From contig NC_069001.1 in assembly GCF_001194135.2 (NCBI RefSeq), positions 11,004,386 to 11,038,931 of the forward strand: DNA of 34,546 bases. The letters are read 5' to 3'. The position numbers and the translations under genes are program-made. Positions within the stretch are counted from its first letter, which is position 1; the number at the start of each line of letters is the position of its first letter. The notes below the pieces were generated by a model. The model did not search any database. It saw only the letters and a list, made by a program, of their open reading frames with translations, and was not told the origin of the DNA. Below are positions 1 to 12,199 of the stretch, one piece after another. This DNA is from Octopus bimaculoides (lineage: Eukaryota).

Positions 1-25
1 ATATGTATATATACATACATACATA

Positions 26-58
<33 letters not shown>

Positions 59-133
59 GCACGCTGAGAAAAGTCTGCTGCAAACTAATAACGAAATATT
101 TACCTATTTTTACGTTATGATTCATTATCTTAC

Positions 134-281
134 CGAATTTAATCTTTGGGAGGAGTAGAACCAAGATGATAGTGAAATATTTAATAATGCTTGAACAGAT
201 GGTTGTAATCATATTCTGAACGAACACACTTTCTCTCAAAGAAAGCTCCATAACACAGAAAATATTTACTGGGTCTTGGAT
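134..281 (-). CDS. Candidate exon with a hydrophobic or signal-like segment, product unknown
   Basis: Acceptor CTTTAACAG| at 282/281, donor TTCG|GTAAGA at 134/133, open frame IQDPVNIFCVMELSLRESVFVQNMITTICSSIIKYFTIILVLLLPKIKF. No homology recognised. Confidence 0.25.
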
Positions 282-573
282 CTGTTAAAGATTTTATTTC
301 GTATTTTTTCTAATTTGAAAGGAAAATAAAAGACTGTAGAACCTTTATAGAATGTTGTCAAAACGAGAAAGCTACAACAGGGAATCAAAGCCGCGTTACG
401 TAACTCAATTATCAGCTAGACATATAAAGCTACGCATTTTTTCACTCCGCGTCTTCGTATCCACGTCTGAGTAAGTCACATTACTTTGACACGCGCACAC
501 CAAACTTACTCACCGTATCCCCGTGAGTTGTCTTAAGTTTCTCTGATTGAATTAATCTTTTTTTTTTATTTAC

Positions 574-973
574 TTTCTTATTCTTTTACTTGTTTCAGTC
601 ATTTGACTGAGGCCATGCTGGAGCACCGCCTTTTAGTCGAGCAAATAGACCCCAGGACTTATTCTTTGGAAGCCTAGTACTTATTGTATCGGTCTTTTTC
701 ACCGAACCGCTAAGTTACGGGGACGTAAACACACCAGCATAGGTTGTCAAGCAATGTTGGTGGGGGGACAGACACACAAACATACACACATACATATATG
801 TATATATACATATATACAACGGGCTTCTTTCAGTTTACGTCTACCAAATCCACTCACAAGGCTTTGGTCGGCCCGAGGCTATAGTAGAAGACACTTGCCC
901 AAGATGCCACGCAGTGGGACTGAACCCGGAACCATGTGGTTGGTAAGCAAGCTACTTACAACACAGCCACTCC
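574..973 (-). mobile_element. tRNA-derived SINE, family A, full length
   Basis: Minus strand begins GGAGTGGCTGTGT (A-box-like) ... GGGTTCAGTCCC (B-box-like), then a CORE-like TCTTGGGCAAGTGTCTT, an internal (TA/CA) tract and an A-rich tail. Near-collinear with the copies at 3800, 9170 and 29850. Confidence 0.9.
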
Positions 974-1759
974 GACTTGTAAACTAATAGTAAATTAATC
1001 CTACGTCTCTTTATCAACTGGTTCCATAACGCAATATTTAAGCACCACCAGCGTGTCATTTTATTTTGAGAAGGTCGACATACTGTATAACATAGATACA
1101 TAGTCTCGATATTATATCTCCATGGAATCTTATTGCTGCAATCGATCTAATAATGTTTTGAACAATTTAGAAGCACAAAATCTTTTTAGATTAACTTTTC
1201 TCATAGCGTACTACCCACGAAACGTGACTGGGTTAATTTCTGTCTTCAGTTAATTCTTAATCTTTCTACTTATCTCGTTTTTGCTTTATCATCTTTCGGT
1301 TATTCATTCTCTTCACTTTGAACCTTCATCCTGTTTCATAACAAGTATTGATGCTACAATAATGTGTGTTTTCAGCAAAACACCTTACAAAATGTCTGCT
1401 TCCGGGCTTAAGAAAACAGTACTAGGGTCGATTCATTCGACTAAGAATTCTTAATTCTTCGAGTAAACCATAAAAGATTAGCCGTTAAAACAACCAAAGA
1501 TCCGCTTCCAATAAATTATATAACCATTTCTATTTAACATTGTCACTCAACACTTTTCAATAGAATTACTCAACTATAACATTTTGTATTTTTCTCTAAT
1601 TTCCCAAATTTTCACCAGCTACCTTATTCAAAAAGTTACCGCCATCTCCTTTTAATACCCTTTATGCACTGATTTCCTTCCTTCCTTCCTTTCTTTCTTT
1701 CTTCTTATTAGTTTGTCGACAAGGTGTTACTCTTTAGTCTGTGTTGACCAGCAAGTCAA

Positions 1760-3043
1760 TGACTCGGAATCTCATTTTCCCCCACACGCTTCATATTCTC
1801 GTCAACCCGTTCAATGGTTGTGTATCTCTCCATGGAATTCGTAATTCTTACACATGCTGTCGGTGTCTCTTTGGATGCAAAATCATTTTCTCTTTTACTC
1901 TCTCTATCCATTTTTCTATTGATCTCTCTATCACTTTCATCTCTTCCTCTCTCTCTCACATATATAAATATACACTCAAATACATGCAATTGTATCTTGT
2001 TCTTGCGCATGTGTACAGAAATCTCTTGCGTTACGGGAGAAAATGCGTGCCCCAAAAACTTCACTGATAATATTCCTTGAAATTAGCTATCACATGTTGA
2101 TCTTTTGCAGGGATTCTCAACCATTTTTTATCCATGAACCCCATTGATTTCTATTTTATTCTGTTGGACCCCCGTAGCCATTTGATTTTTTTTAAAAACT
2201 AGTTTTATTAATACTTCTTTCAAAATTCCCATTTTGCTTTTCACACATCGTTTTATAATCGATTTAAAATGTTAGAGAGAAATCTATCTGTTTCTTTCAA
2301 TACATACAAACAAATTTTTTTCTGGGACCCTTCAAATACTATTATGGGTCTTCAATTTACTATTTTATTACGTGGGCCTCGGTTGAGAACCACTGATCTA
2401 TTGGCTGGAGCAAGGTTGTATTCTAAGAGATCTATTTCTGTTCTAGCATTATCAGAAAACTCGTTTAAGTTCACTAAGTGGCTTGCTGTGGAAACAATGC
2501 TTTGCTGTAAACATTGTGTTTGGTTTACTAACATTTTTAGTAATGCTCAGAAATGTTTATAAACCACTCTTTGGCAAAAGCTGTTGGACATCCATGTGTT
2601 CTTACTTGAACGTCAAACCAGAAATTAATTATTACACTTTGCGTAACCCTTGAAAGCTCTTGGATTTTTAGAGCGATACAGAAGTAGGTGGTGGCTTTGA
2701 TTCCACATCCCTAACAGCATTTCCTCCCAGAAGAAGCCGCATGCGATTTTTGGAAGCTTTAAATTCTGGTGTTGATTTTTCTTCTTGAAGAACAAAAATC
2801 CTAGCAAGCAAGCAAACATGCGCTTTCACACAAGAGCAGAGTCATCGTCATTTTATGTCTGCTTTGGTGTTGTAGACTCCTTTTAGCGATCATTTCTTTT
2901 CAGCTGCTCACGATAATTAGCGCCAGCCTCCACATCAACACTGATGCCTCCATCAATCATTTTTATGCTGTGCAAATTCAAACGTTTCGAACCCAGCCTT
3001 TTACAAACCTGAAAGGTTTTCCTTGAACGCTTCATATTCCTCT

Positions 3044-3084
<41 letters not shown>

Positions 3085-3429
3085 CCTGCTTCAACACACT
3101 TGGCTTTTTCCTCTCTCTAATTATCCTCGTGCTTATCGACACATGTCAAATCAGAGCCTTGATCCATACACCGAAGAGCTGTCCCGTTTTAAGCATCTCA
3201 TAAGATCAATGAAAAACAACAAGGTCCGCGGAATTAACGAAATAACTTTTTAAGCCCCCATTCTGTTGTTCCGTACTGTTCTCACTGTAGACATTACAAG
3301 CTTTATAAGTCTTGCCAATGTGAGTGATTCCTTTTGTCTCCCGCATGAATCCTTTTTAAAACACCAACCTTTGATATCCAGTATAATCCTTTTATAGTTC
3401 TTTCTTCGCACTACCTCTTTCAGTTCCAT
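1760..3429 (-). pseudogene. Fossil pogo/Tigger-family (CENP-B HTH + DDD) transposase, broken by stops, frameshifts, a (CT)n tract and a hAT MITE
   Basis: Hand translation of the minus strand gives motifs in the expected order: KRIILDIK...ESLTLARLIKLVMSTVRTVRNN (psq-type HTH), LFGVWIK..EKAK, KGW..LNLHSIKMIDGGISVDVEAGANYREQLK, PKQT*NDDDSALV*KRM (first D), EEKSTPEFKASKNRMRLLLGGNAVRDVESKP, LLYRSKNPRAFKG, *RSSKNTWMS..KEWF, FSDNA (second D), NTTLLQPID|QHVIANFKEYY (third D, split by the MITE). TIRs not found; the left boundary is approximate. Confidence 0.9.
2108..2395. mobile_element. hAT-type MITE (288 bp) with 15-bp TIRs and 8-bp TSD
   Basis: Left TIR CAGGGATTCTCAACC (2108-2122) versus reverse complement of right TIR CAGTGGTTCTCAACC (2381-2395), 13/15 match. 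Flanks ATCTTTTG (2100-2107) and ATCTATTG (2396-2403), 7/8 match. Confidence 0.88.
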
Positions 3430-3650
3430 ATGATGGCTTTTTCCCAGACAACCTGGATTGTGGGTTAATCTAACAGCGCTGGTGATCAACAATAATCAGC
3501 TACAAATATCGAGTAAACAAATATAACCCCACCAGGAAAGAACAGTTTTTGTGTGACCCCAAAATTGTCTTATCCCTAAGGATGTAAGAATGGAAGTGAG
3601 ATGAAAACACAAAAGAGCAAGGTGACAGGAAGTACTTTAGGAACGAAGAG

Positions 3651-3795
3651 TCTTTTATCTTTTACTTGTTTCAGTCCTTAGACTACTGTCATGCTGGGGC
3701 ACCACCTTGAAGAATCTTTTACCGAACTGCTAAGTTACGGGAATGCAAATATACCAACACCGGTTGTCAAGCGGTGGTGGGACACACACGCACAC
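3651..3795 (-). mobile_element. Family A SINE, 3' half
   Basis: Matches the tail half of 574-973 (CTTTTACTTGTTTCAGTC...CATGCTGGGGCACC...CCGAACTGCTAAGTTACGG...GGTTGTCAAGCG). Confidence 0.8.
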
Positions 3796-3799
3796 ATGA

Positions 3800-4160
3800 A
3801 GCTTGCTTGCCAACCACATGGTTCCGGGCTCATGCCCACTGCGTGGCACCTTGGGCAAGTGTCTTCTGCTATAGCCTCAGACCGACCAGAGCCTTGTGAG
3901 TGGATTTGCTAGTCGGAAACTGAAAGAAGCATATCGTATATATCTGTATATATATCTGTATATATATATATGTTTGTATTGGTCACTCCACCATCGCTTG
4001 ACAACCGATGCTGGTGTGTTTACGTATCTTTAACTTCAGCAAAAGTGACCGATAGAATAAGTATTAGCCTTACAAAGAATAAGACCTGCAATCGATTCGT
4101 TCGACTTAAGACGGTGCTCCAGCATGGCCGCAGTCAAATGACTGAAACAAGTAAAAGAGT
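3800..4160 (+). mobile_element. Family A SINE, nearly full length, inverted relative to 3651-3795
   Basis: CCAACCACATGGTTCCGGG...GCGTGGCACCTTGGGCAAGTGTCTTC...GAAACTGAAAGAAGC...GCTCCAGCATGGCCGCAGTCAAATGACTGAAACAAGTAAAAGA, the reverse complement of the family A text. Confidence 0.88.
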
Positions 4161-4170
4161 ATGAATATAT

Positions 4171-4205
<35 letters not shown>

Positions 4206-5169
4206 NNNNNNNNNNNNNNNNNNNNNNNNNNNNNNNNNNNNNNNNNNNNNNNNNNNNNNNNNNNNNNNNNNNNNNNNNNNNNNNNNNNNNNNNNNNNNNN
4301 NNNNNNNNNNNNNNNNNNNNNNNNNNNNNNNNNNNNNNNNNNNNNNNNNNNNNNNNNNNNNNNNNNNNNNNNNNNNNNNNNNNNNNNNNNNNNNNNNNNN
4401 NNNNNNNNNNNNNNNNNNNNNNNNNNNNNNNNNNNNNNNNNNNNNNNNNNNNNCTGACGTCCATTCAGCCGGTAACAGTAAGTGCTGACTACGTAAACAA
4501 ACGATTCTGGCGGTGATAAAATTATTATTTCCTTGTCAAAAAATGGCTGAAGCATATTGAGGGAAGGAGCAAGTCGGTTAGGGAAAACGAACACACGTGT
4601 GTTGCCTCTCTGCAAAATGTCAGAAGTAATGGAGATTAAAAACGCTTTACACCGCTTAAACTGCCAAAGGATTAACTGTAAACAGCTGAATACTTGTCAG
4701 TGATTGGTTGAAATTATCGAAATAAGACAATTTTTTACATGAAATAACTTCGAATACAAAAATTTTTTTCTGTTCTATAACACAATATAGATAAGTATAC
4801 GAAGTTTGAAAGTCTTTCGGTACCAAAAACACTACATAAAACATAAATGAAAACTGGTGCCCCCGTTTTGAACTAGATCCGTAAACACTTCGTTCCTTGT
4901 TCCTCTAACTTGAGCCATAATACTCAACTCACACACACATACATATGTATGTGTATATCGTGACTATAGATTTTTATATTAACTACCTTGACCTGAGCTA
5001 AAAATGCTGAGATTCAGCTCTAAGCTAAGTCAGTGTAATTTTTTTAAAATGCTTAACATTTATTCGAGTTCACGTAAGGGCGAAATTACCGGTCGTATCC
5101 CGAAATTAGTGTCACACTTTACACTTTCCCTGCGTACCAAATCTTGTAACCTCGTAACGAGAGTAATGT

Positions 5170-6066
<897 letters not shown>

Positions 6067-6290
6067 AACCGTAACCCTAACCCTGCCTTATCTTCGAAAC
6101 GTCGAGTTAGAATAGAGGCAGCTGATGAATAATTCCAAGTGGCTATCTGTTTTCCTATGTGTTCGTTCCGTTGTCTGTAGTTCATTGTTCTAACGTCCTG
6201 TACCTTGATATGCATCTATATACACATGTAGATGAAAGTATATACATATATGTGTGTATACATGCATATATATATTTTTTGTATTATATA
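6067..6290 (+). repeat. Unclassified (TA)n-associated repeat, family X, copy 1
   Basis: Shares CTTCGAAACG..GTTAGAAT.G.GGCAGCTGATGAA and GTCCTGTACC..GATATG with 14865-15047 (-) and the latter motif with 9745-9910. Confidence 0.7.
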
Positions 6291-7079
6291 TATATAATTA
6301 CATACACGCGCACATGCACACATATATATATGAAACCGTAGGTATAGTAGTGACTAGGTTGGTTTTGATAGTAGAAGTAAGGGCAGATAATACAGATTGG
6401 TGAGTTAAAATACATTAAAGGTTGCTGTGACACACACACACACAGATATGTAATCACAACTTCTTCCACCTTCTTTTTTGTCTTTTCTTTTCTGTTTTCT
6501 GTTTTTTTTTATTTGTTTCTCGTTCTCGATATAAATATATTCGCTGCTTGTTTTTTAACCTATATTTTTTTTTGCTCCTCTCTCACCTTTTTTTTTATAT
6601 ATAATTAAACCACACACGTACACACGCACGCACGCACGAGCGCACTCACAAACACACGTGTAACGAAACCTTACACACGGTCACGTAAACGAACGAAACA
6701 AACAAGCTTTATATGATTCACTTACACCGATTCCTGTTTTATTTATTCCAACTCTCATTCATTCATTCTTTCATTCCTCGCACCCCCTCCCTTCTCTCTT
6801 TATCATATATTTCTATATACACTCCATTTCTCCGCCCCTCCCTCTCTCTCTCTCTCTGTTTTCCCATTTATTTTTCTTTCCCTCTTTCTCTCTCTCACTG
6901 CTCCTCAGCTTCCCTCTACCTTACGTGGGTACCTTCTCTTTCTCTAATTCTTTCTTTCCCTCCCTCTTTCTGTCTTGTCTCTTCCTTCTTCCCCTGTCTT
7001 TTCGTAGCCTCCTACTTCCCTCTTCGCTCTTTCAACCTACTCTCTCTCACTCTCTCTCTCTCCTTTATACCTTTCTCTC

Positions 7080-7505
7080 AGCTATCTCCTCGCTTTCGCT
7101 CTCCACATCTATCTCCCTCTCTGTCTCTTCTTCGATCTCTTCCTCACACTCTATTATCTTTCTACCATCTCCCGTTCTATCTTCGCTCTCTGCCTTCTCT
7201 TTTCAATCTTCGCTCTCTGCCTTCTGCTCCTCTCTGTCTTCGCTCTCTGACATATCTTCCTCTCTCTCTCTCTCTCTCTCTTTCTTCGCTCTGTGCCTTC
7301 ACCTCTCTATCTACGCTTCCTGCTATCTATCTATCTATCTATCACTCTCTATCTTCGCTCACTGCATTCTCCCTCTCTCTATCTTCGCTCTCTGCCATCT
7401 CACTCCCTCTATCTTCGCTCTTTGCTATCTCACTCCCTCTATCTTCCCTTACTACCAACTCACTCCCCCCCTCTATCTTCGCTTTCTGACATCTCCCTCC
7501 CTCCC
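7080..7505. repeat. Degenerate pyrimidine-rich minisatellite of about 30 bp (CTATCTTCGCTCTCTGCCATCTCACTCCCT) running into a gap
   Basis: At least 8 recurrences of TCTTCGCT within a CT-rich tract that starts at about 6740. Confidence 0.85.
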
Positions 7506-8454
7506 NNNNNNNNNNNNNNNNNNNNNNNNNNNNNNNNNNNNNNNNNNNNNNNNNNNNNNNNNNNNNNNNNNNNNNNNNNNNNNNNNNNNNNNNNNNNNNN
7601 NNNNNNNNNNNNNNNNNNNNNNNNNNNNNNNNNNNNNNNNNNNNNNNNNNNNNNNNNNNNNNNNNNNNNNNNNNNNNNNNNNNNNNNNNNNNNNNNNNNN
7701 NNNNNNNNNNNNNNNNNNNNNNNNNNNNNNNNNNNNNNNNNNNNNNNNNNNNNNNNNNNNNNNNNNNNNNNNNNNNNNNNNNNNNNNNNNNNNNNNNNNN
7801 NNNNNNNNNNNNNNNNNNNNNNNNNNNNNNNNNNNNNNNNNNNNNNNNNNNNNNNNNNNNNNNNNNNNNNNNNNNNNNNNNNNNNNNNNNNNNNNNNNNN
7901 NNNNNNNNNNNNNNNNNNNNNNNNNNNNNNNNNNNNNNNNNNNNNNNNNNNNNNNNNNNNNNNNNNNNNNNNNNNNNNNNNNNNNNNNNNNNNNNNNNNN
8001 NNNNNNNNNNNNNNNNNNNNNNNNNNNNNNNNNNNNNNNNNNNNNNNNNNNNNNNNNNNNNNNNNNNNNNNNNNNNNNNNNNNNNNNNNNNNNNNNNNNN
8101 NNNNNNNNNNNNNNNNNNNNNNNNNNNNNNNNNNNNNNNNNNNNNNNNNNNNNNNNNNNNNNNNNNNNNNNNNNNNNNNNNNNNNNNNNNNNNNNNNNNN
8201 NNNNNNNNNNNNNNNNNNNNNNNNNNNNNNNNNNNNNNNNNNNNNNNNNNNNNNNNNNNNNNNNNNNNNNNNNNNNNNNNNNNNNNNNNNNNNNNNNNNN
8301 NNNNNNNNNNNNNNNNNNNNNNNNNNNNNNNNNNNNNNNNNNNNNNNNNNNNNNNNNNNNNNNNNNNNNNNNNNNNNNNNNNNNNNNNNNNNNNNNNNNN
8401 NNNNNNNNNNNNNNNNNNNNNNNNNNNNNNNNNNNNAAAGGGTGTACACTTCTA

Positions 8455-9160
8455 CGTGATCTCCGAGTATGCTAGAAATAGCAGCCAGTTTTTCTCCCTG
8501 AAAAGTACTTATTTATCCCACCCGTATTCAAATAAAGAAAAGTGTATTGAATGTTACAGTTCTATTCACAAAATGTATCTGAGAACGAAATTAAAATAAA
8601 AATGAGGGGACAGGATGATCTCGACCGACCATTTTGATCAACGATCTATCTACTCGATCAAAACAGGTTTCTGGGGGGGGGGGACTGTTCTATATCCTTT
8701 TCATGACTCACAACTATTAATTTTCAACACTGGTCAATGAGAAAGCAACTTATGTGATCGCTCGGCCAGCAAAAATAGCAGCCAAGCTGTCCTTTTAAAC
8801 TAGGGAGAAAACATTAGATATTGAGGTGTATGAAGGTATGACACGTCCGGCTGGTACTCTTTCATAGCAGCCAAATCGACCTCCAAACCTAGCACCTCGA
8901 AAATTATCCTTTTAGGCACAAAAGCTAAAATTTCGCAGGGGTTGGTGTGTAGTAAGCCGGTTACATCGACTCCAGTACCAAACTGGTACCTATTTCATCG
9001 GCCCCGAAAGGATGAAAAGCAAAGTTGACCTCGGCGGATTTCGAAGACAAAGGCATGTACGTGTTCCTTCTGCCTCACAATTCCCTTTCGCTACCCTCGC
9101 CTTATAACCGCCCTTTTATGTCGTTGCTCGACCAACTAGAAGTGACAGCCTAATCTTACT
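8455..9160 (+). repeat. Cluster of family E repeat heads and bodies (GATCGCTCG.CCTGCTAGAAATAGCAGCCAAATC motif)
   Basis: Motif variants at about 8470, 8765, 8865 and 9130; related sequence at 9945-10070, 12930-13070, 16080-16345, 21185-21285, 30260-30350 and 31850-32000 (-). Alignment by eye. Confidence 0.6.
8955..9045 (-). mobile_element. Family B SINE fragment (central domain)
   Basis: CCCCGAAAGGATGAAAAGCAAAGTTGACCTCGGCGG is the reverse complement of the family B core. Confidence 0.75.
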
Positions 9161-9169
9161 AAGTTATAT

Positions 9170-9502
9170 TTCTTTTATCTCTTTCACTTGTGTCAGTCAT
9201 TTCACTGCGACCATACTGGAGCACCGCCTTTAGTCGAACAAATCGACCCCCAGGACTTATTCTTTGTAAGCCTAGTACTTATTCTATCGTTCTCTTTTGC
9301 CGAACCGGTCTGGTCGGAGTGGAGGGGGCACACAAATGCAGACACACACACACATATATATATGTGTGTGATGGCCTTCTTTCAGTTTGGTCGGTCCGAG
9401 ACTATAGTAGAAGACACTTGCTCAAGGTGCCACGCAATGGGACTGAACCTAGAACCATGTGGTTGGGAAGCGAGCTCATTACCACACAGCCACTCCTGCG
9501 CC
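9170..9502 (-). mobile_element. Family A SINE with internal deletion
   Basis: Collinear with 574-973 at both head and tail. Confidence 0.88.
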
Positions 9503-9744
9503 TATATATATATATATAATCAAAGCTGGACCTCTTCCTATCGAGAGTCCCAGATGAACCTACCTCGCGGCAGGAGGTGCAAATGAGAGTTGCTAAATCA
9601 AACTCCATTCTTCACCAAGTGCCACATATTGTAAGAGGCTCCCTGTAATAACAGTGTAGCAACACGGTGGTGCATCAGCATGGCCGCAGCTCTGAGCTGA
9701 AACTTTGAAATGAAATGAAATATATATATATATATATATATATA

Positions 9745-9910
9745 TAAGGGGATGTTTCTATGTGGCCTGCTTGTTTGTTGCACCTTGTTTACCATTTTTG
9801 TCCTTGTTCTTTTGCCACGTCATGTACCCAGTTATGTATCTATATGTACATGTGGATGAACGTATATACATACATGTACATATATATGCATATACTCATA
9901 TATTGTTTAT
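9745..9910 (+). repeat. Family X copy 2 (5'-truncated at a (TA)n tract)
   Basis: TTTCTATGTGGCCTG...GTCATGTACCCAGTTATG...TATATGCATATACTCAT aligns to 14865-15000 (-). Confidence 0.7.
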
Positions 9911-10227
9911 ATATATATACATATATATATATATAAACTACCCTACCTTTTAAAAAGAAACAGTATTTTGTATAACGCAGTCCGCGTTACGTTAAGACGA
10001 GAGGGTCACGGCCGGAATGCATTTGATCATAACTTCGATTGTTCCAGTACTGACTCGAAGAGCTTAACGTAAGAAGCTACCGCTTTCGTATTTCAGCTTC
10101 GCAGCTTCCTTCTCCTTCTTCGTCACCCCTTCCCCTTAGTTCAACAACCTCAGTCTCCTACTTCTTCACTACCCTTACCTATAACTATCGCCCTCATCTA
10201 ATTACAACTAACTCTCTGATATTGATC

Positions 10228-10239
10228 GCCGCCATCTTG
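10228..10239. promoter_or_regulatory. Exact YY1-type motif GCCGCCATCTTG (CAAGATGGCGGC on minus); possible promoter or start region
   Basis: Exact 12-mer in unique, CpG-retaining sequence. Minus-strand donor-like sites downstream: GA|GTTAGT and TAG|GTAAGG (10179/10178). Confidence 0.45.
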
Positions 10240-11335
10240 TACCCAGCTCTTTTCTGCTGTTTTATTTTCCATTCCTATTCTCCTCTCATTTTTATCTCCG
10301 TTTTTTTTTTTCTTCTTTTGTTTTACTTATTCCTGTCATGTCTTCTAATTTTCTAAGGAAAGAGAATTTCCTGTTTCTACGTAAGGCCTTTGACCCCTCC
10401 CTCACACTTTTCTCTCTAATCTCTGTTTTTGCTCACTTTCCCCCTCTGTCGTTTTTTCTTTGTTTTTTCTTTCTAGTTTAAGGCTTTATTTTAGTTATTT
10501 AAAGCAGTTTAGCAGATGGAATAAACCTGCAATCTGCCAACGTTTGTGTGTGTGTATATGTTATTCAACTAATAATGGTTTCGTTGATTTTGGCAAGCAT
10601 CAGACCTTAAGCAAGTTGATTTCAGTCTAATCTGCCCAAGGACAGCAAAACGGTACGCGACACAAAGCAACACAATGAATGACCCTTTTCCCCTACATAA
10701 TCTAGGCGGAGTCCGCTTTACCTTTTAATTAATATGACACCATTTTTTCTCTCTTTTAATAGTTGGAAATAATAGGGAGGCCTCGTCAAGATAAGCATTA
10801 TAAAGTAAAACGATATTAAGATGCATCTGTTTGCCTTCTGTTAAGTTTCACACTCGTTCGTTGTCTTATTCTTAAATCCCGACGGAGTTTTTCTCTCGTC
10901 GTATTCTTCCTTCTTCACGAATTTCACGGAGTGCTAGCGTTTCTGAGAAACTGTGGTCGATTCTGTTTCCTATTTTTTCTTTATTTTGTTTCTTTTTTCC
11001 GTTGAGAAGATTTAACACCTCATAATTCTTTTTCAGTGCCTTAGTGTTCGGATAATTCTTTTCTTCTTCTCGACTCTCTCATTCTGCAAAAGGCTTTTTT
11101 TTTAGCAGCTATTGTGACCTTACTAAATTCAAACACCAAGGCTTAGGCACCAGATTGTTACAAATTGTTTATCCAGTGTCTGTAAGGGAGTTTAAATTCT
11201 TTAAGGTGGGACTGATTGTGTTTATGCATTGAAACAAAATTTGATGCAGAGATGTGCCATCAAAATAATTTTCTTTCTGCCAGCCACTCTGCAAATTATA
11301 TTTCATTTCCATTTTAGGGAAGTGCAGCGTAAGTT

Positions 11336-11380
11336 ATGTTCAGCTGATGAGGTCATAACATTGCCGAAATATGTTCGAAG
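11336..11380 (+). ncRNA. Candidate degenerate minimal hammerhead ribozyme (Penelope-like-element type)
   Basis: UUCAG CUGAUGA GGUCAU aac AUUGCC GAA AUAUGU U CGAA: canonical core, 5 of 6 pairs in stem II, loopless near-palindromic stem III; stem I needs a 1-nt bulge. Confidence 0.5.
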
Positions 11381-12199
11381 TTGTCAGCTGCTTTTACAGA
11401 AAATAAATAACAGTCATTGAGCATTGTGTGTGTTTCGTTGTTGTAACAACGATTTTGACGCCTACGTAGTTATTGGCTGTGACAATAATGTGTTGAAGTT
11501 TCGAATCTGTAATTCCTTTCCGATGTCAGTTTTCACACCTTGAATAGAAAAGAACCACCAAAGAAACTGCGTTAAGAACTGCTTGCTGTATTTGTAAAGG
11601 TTGTCCTTTAGATTTATGCAGTGAAGACGAGTCTATGGTTATTTAGCAGTGCAGCACTTAAAAAATATACATAGATATGCGTGACAAACACATGCCTCAG
11701 ATGTACGTAAAATTCAACAATCAATTAGTGTGTTTTTTTGTTTTTAAAGATGAATGCGTTGACAGTGACTTCGAAGTTGTGATAGTCAAATAAATGCGCA
11801 CACAAACATTTATTCATTCTTGTATCCTTTTATTTTTATTTTCCTCTGTGAGCAAAGCTCAAGGCCATGAAATAAGCACTGCCTTAACGAGTTAAATTGC
11901 ATGATTTCATTATTGAGTTACTTTGTGAAGTTAATTCCGTTTCGGTTCTCTGAAATACGAAACGATCTTTATTTAATGCTCCCTATTTATAGTCGTGAGG
12001 CTTGGGTATTGTTTGGGGTCCTTTTGGTTCCAAGGCGTTTTATAGGGCTATGGGTTATCATTGGTTGGATTTCGTAGCCAATCATGCCCGTCGCTAAGAG
12101 ATTGCACTGGACGGTACTGCCCCCCCCCCACTTCTCTATTCAATGGTGCACGCTCATATTTCCAGTGATTCACTTATTTCGAAACTTACATGTTAGTAC

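Noticed and set aside
3430-3650. TIR of the Tigger element
   Set aside because: No inverted-repeat pair with a TA duplication could be matched to the region left of 1760.
10860-11090. Lys/Glu/Arg-rich minus-strand reading frame
   Set aside because: It mirrors a pyrimidine-rich tract, is bounded by stops, and has no start or splice support.
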